Shown here: in pieces, positions 62,415-64,000 of the stretch
How the letters are laid out: each line of letters begins with the position of its first letter
How positions within the stretch are numbered: the first letter of the stretch is position 1
Assembly (NCBI GenBank): GCA_011109175.1
Contig: RDEW01000028.1
Coordinates: 134,673 to 198,672, forward strand
DNA: 64,000 bases
Direction of reading: 5' to 3'
From: Dicyema japonicum
Lineage: Eukaryota; Animalia; Dicyemida
Translations under genes and position numbers: made by a program
Notes under the pieces: generated by a model
What the model saw: only the letters and a program-made list of their open reading frames with translations
Databases searched by the model: none
What the model was told of the DNA's origin: nothing

Positions 62415-62590
62415 GCCGAGTCATCGGGAGCTGTTGGTCCAACAACGGCTGAGTTCTTGCGCGAACTCGGAGGAATGCTTGCCAGAAAGAAAAAAGATCA
62501 ACGAGAAGGGTTATAACGGAAACAAAAGATTGGAATGGTCATCCTCCGAGGAAACTCGTTCTCGATCCACGCAGCCGAATTCCTCAACTA
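62415..62590 (+). mobile_element. second CRE-like 3' terminus
   Basis: ESSGAVGP...FLRELG...KIGMVILRGN. Confidence 0.55.
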
Positions 62591-63489
62591 ACATTTGTTT
62601 CTTTGTTAAATGATTGTCTTTAATTTGATAACAAAAAGTAAAGTCAGAAAAATAAAAACAGCAAAAAAGAATCTCATCATATTGCACATTTAAACAAAAT
62701 TTGGCTATCAAATAGCTCCAATTCGTATAAAAATAAACAAATACAAAATTTAAAAATTTTGCTCCCATTGAAATTAGAAGACATTTATGTATTAATTCAC
62801 GATTCGAATTATTCAAATTAATTTCACACTTTTTTAATAAAATAGGTTCAAAACACGAATACGTAACTATATTTGTAATATTGCAACTTAGAATCTTGTT
62901 ATTTATATTTCCACGAATGTCTCTTTGTTATTGTTATCCTAGTATTTTGGTAAATGTAATTTCTCAGTTCATTATTTTATATTCATTAACAAACAAAAAC
63001 GTATTAAATGTGGATGCCAATGAGTAATCCATATTTTGATTATTTTTATTATTTGTGAGAAAATAAGATTACGTACCGCAGCAATAAGAGAGAATCGATA
63101 TTTATAGTTGTAAAACAGAAAATTCAAATCTGACTGGAACGTGATTGTAAAGCATTCGATTTTTTTTCAAAACATAAATAAGCAACTATATTTTGGTTAT
63201 ATTGCATTACTCGATTCGAATTATTTTTTATTTTATGCTCTCGCTGCAACACCTCCTTTGTCTACAATATAATATCAGCCTGATTAAATTGTTTTAAGAA
63301 TATAAAACCTGCAAACTTAATCGATCCACTTTTGGGATCCTTTTTGTACAACACGTCATTATTTCAATTTTACTTTTCACGAAAACTACTTTTTCTCCGT
63401 CGTTGAGAATGAGTTAATATAGACGATTTTTACTAATGCAAAAATAGACGATGCAATATCATGGTGCAACTTATATCATTATCCTTGCC

Positions 63490-64000
63490 TACTAATCATT
63501 TATGTGATGATCAATTATTATTTTTTTCTTAACTCACTTCGCGAAATTATCCGCTACTTTTTGTATTTCTTCGTCCGAGACTGTCTTCATTTCTTTCTAA
63601 AATAGAACTATTCAAGAAAATTTGAAACAAACACGGGAACTTCACTATTCACGATTTACCTGGAAGCTGTTATGAGGGAACTTAGATCGTTATACCAAGG
63701 AAAGGCGGAAGAAGTGATCTACGCGGACGATGTAGACCTAATTTCTGAAGACAAAGAGGTCCTGGAACACCTATTCGAAAAAGCATCAGATGTACTAGGG
63801 AAATGGTTTCTTACTGTGAACAGAGAGAAAACATAACTCACAGAAATAAGAAGGATGAGTAACGTCCTAGAAGAGAAGTGGCGACAAGTAAAGAAACTCG
63901 GTTCATCAATGGGAGATAGCGAAGATAATTTACGAGGAAAACTCTAGCCAATGCTGCGTTATATAAACTGAAGAATCTATAGCTCAATCAAAGAGGTATC
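63490..64000 (+). mobile_element. RTE-like RT fragment running off the window
   Basis: FTIYLEAVMRELR, VIYADDVDLIS, KLGSSMGDSED. Confidence 0.75.

Overview
AT-rich eukaryotic genomic window from a fragmented short-read-style assembly, with two N gaps, several single-N joins and many tandem duplications of about 90-160 bp. All homology calls are by-eye motif alignments from memory; no searches were run. Compact gene islands alternate with transposon graveyards. Host genes use the standard code and are split by spliceosomal introns of only 22-26 nt. They are a divergent Raf-family kinase, MTRFR/C12orf65, THG1, GCAT, Rap1GAP, POC1, a Rab1-like GTPase, MRPL30, a small unknown membrane protein, and an 8.7 kb gene for a large secreted protein (C-type lectins, EGFs, about 7 Caspr-type fibrinogen-like modules, VWD-C8-TIL). 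There is also a decayed PIP5K-like gene. Raf and the Caspr-type modules point to an animal, POC1 to centrioles or cilia, and MTRFR/MRPL30 to mitochondrial translation. Together with the tiny introns this is compatible with a dicyemid mesozoan, which is an inference and not proven. Roughly half the window is mobile DNA: many RTE-like LINE copies, I/Ingi-like LINE fragments (one with a 2A-like motif), CRE and R4/NeSL-like RLE retrotransposon ends, a Gypsy remnant, a tRNA-derived SINE, and MULE, hAT, Merlin and pogo DNA transposons. The strongest leads are the near-fixed-length micro-intron system with degenerate and non-canonical splice sites, and the multi-domain secreted protein.
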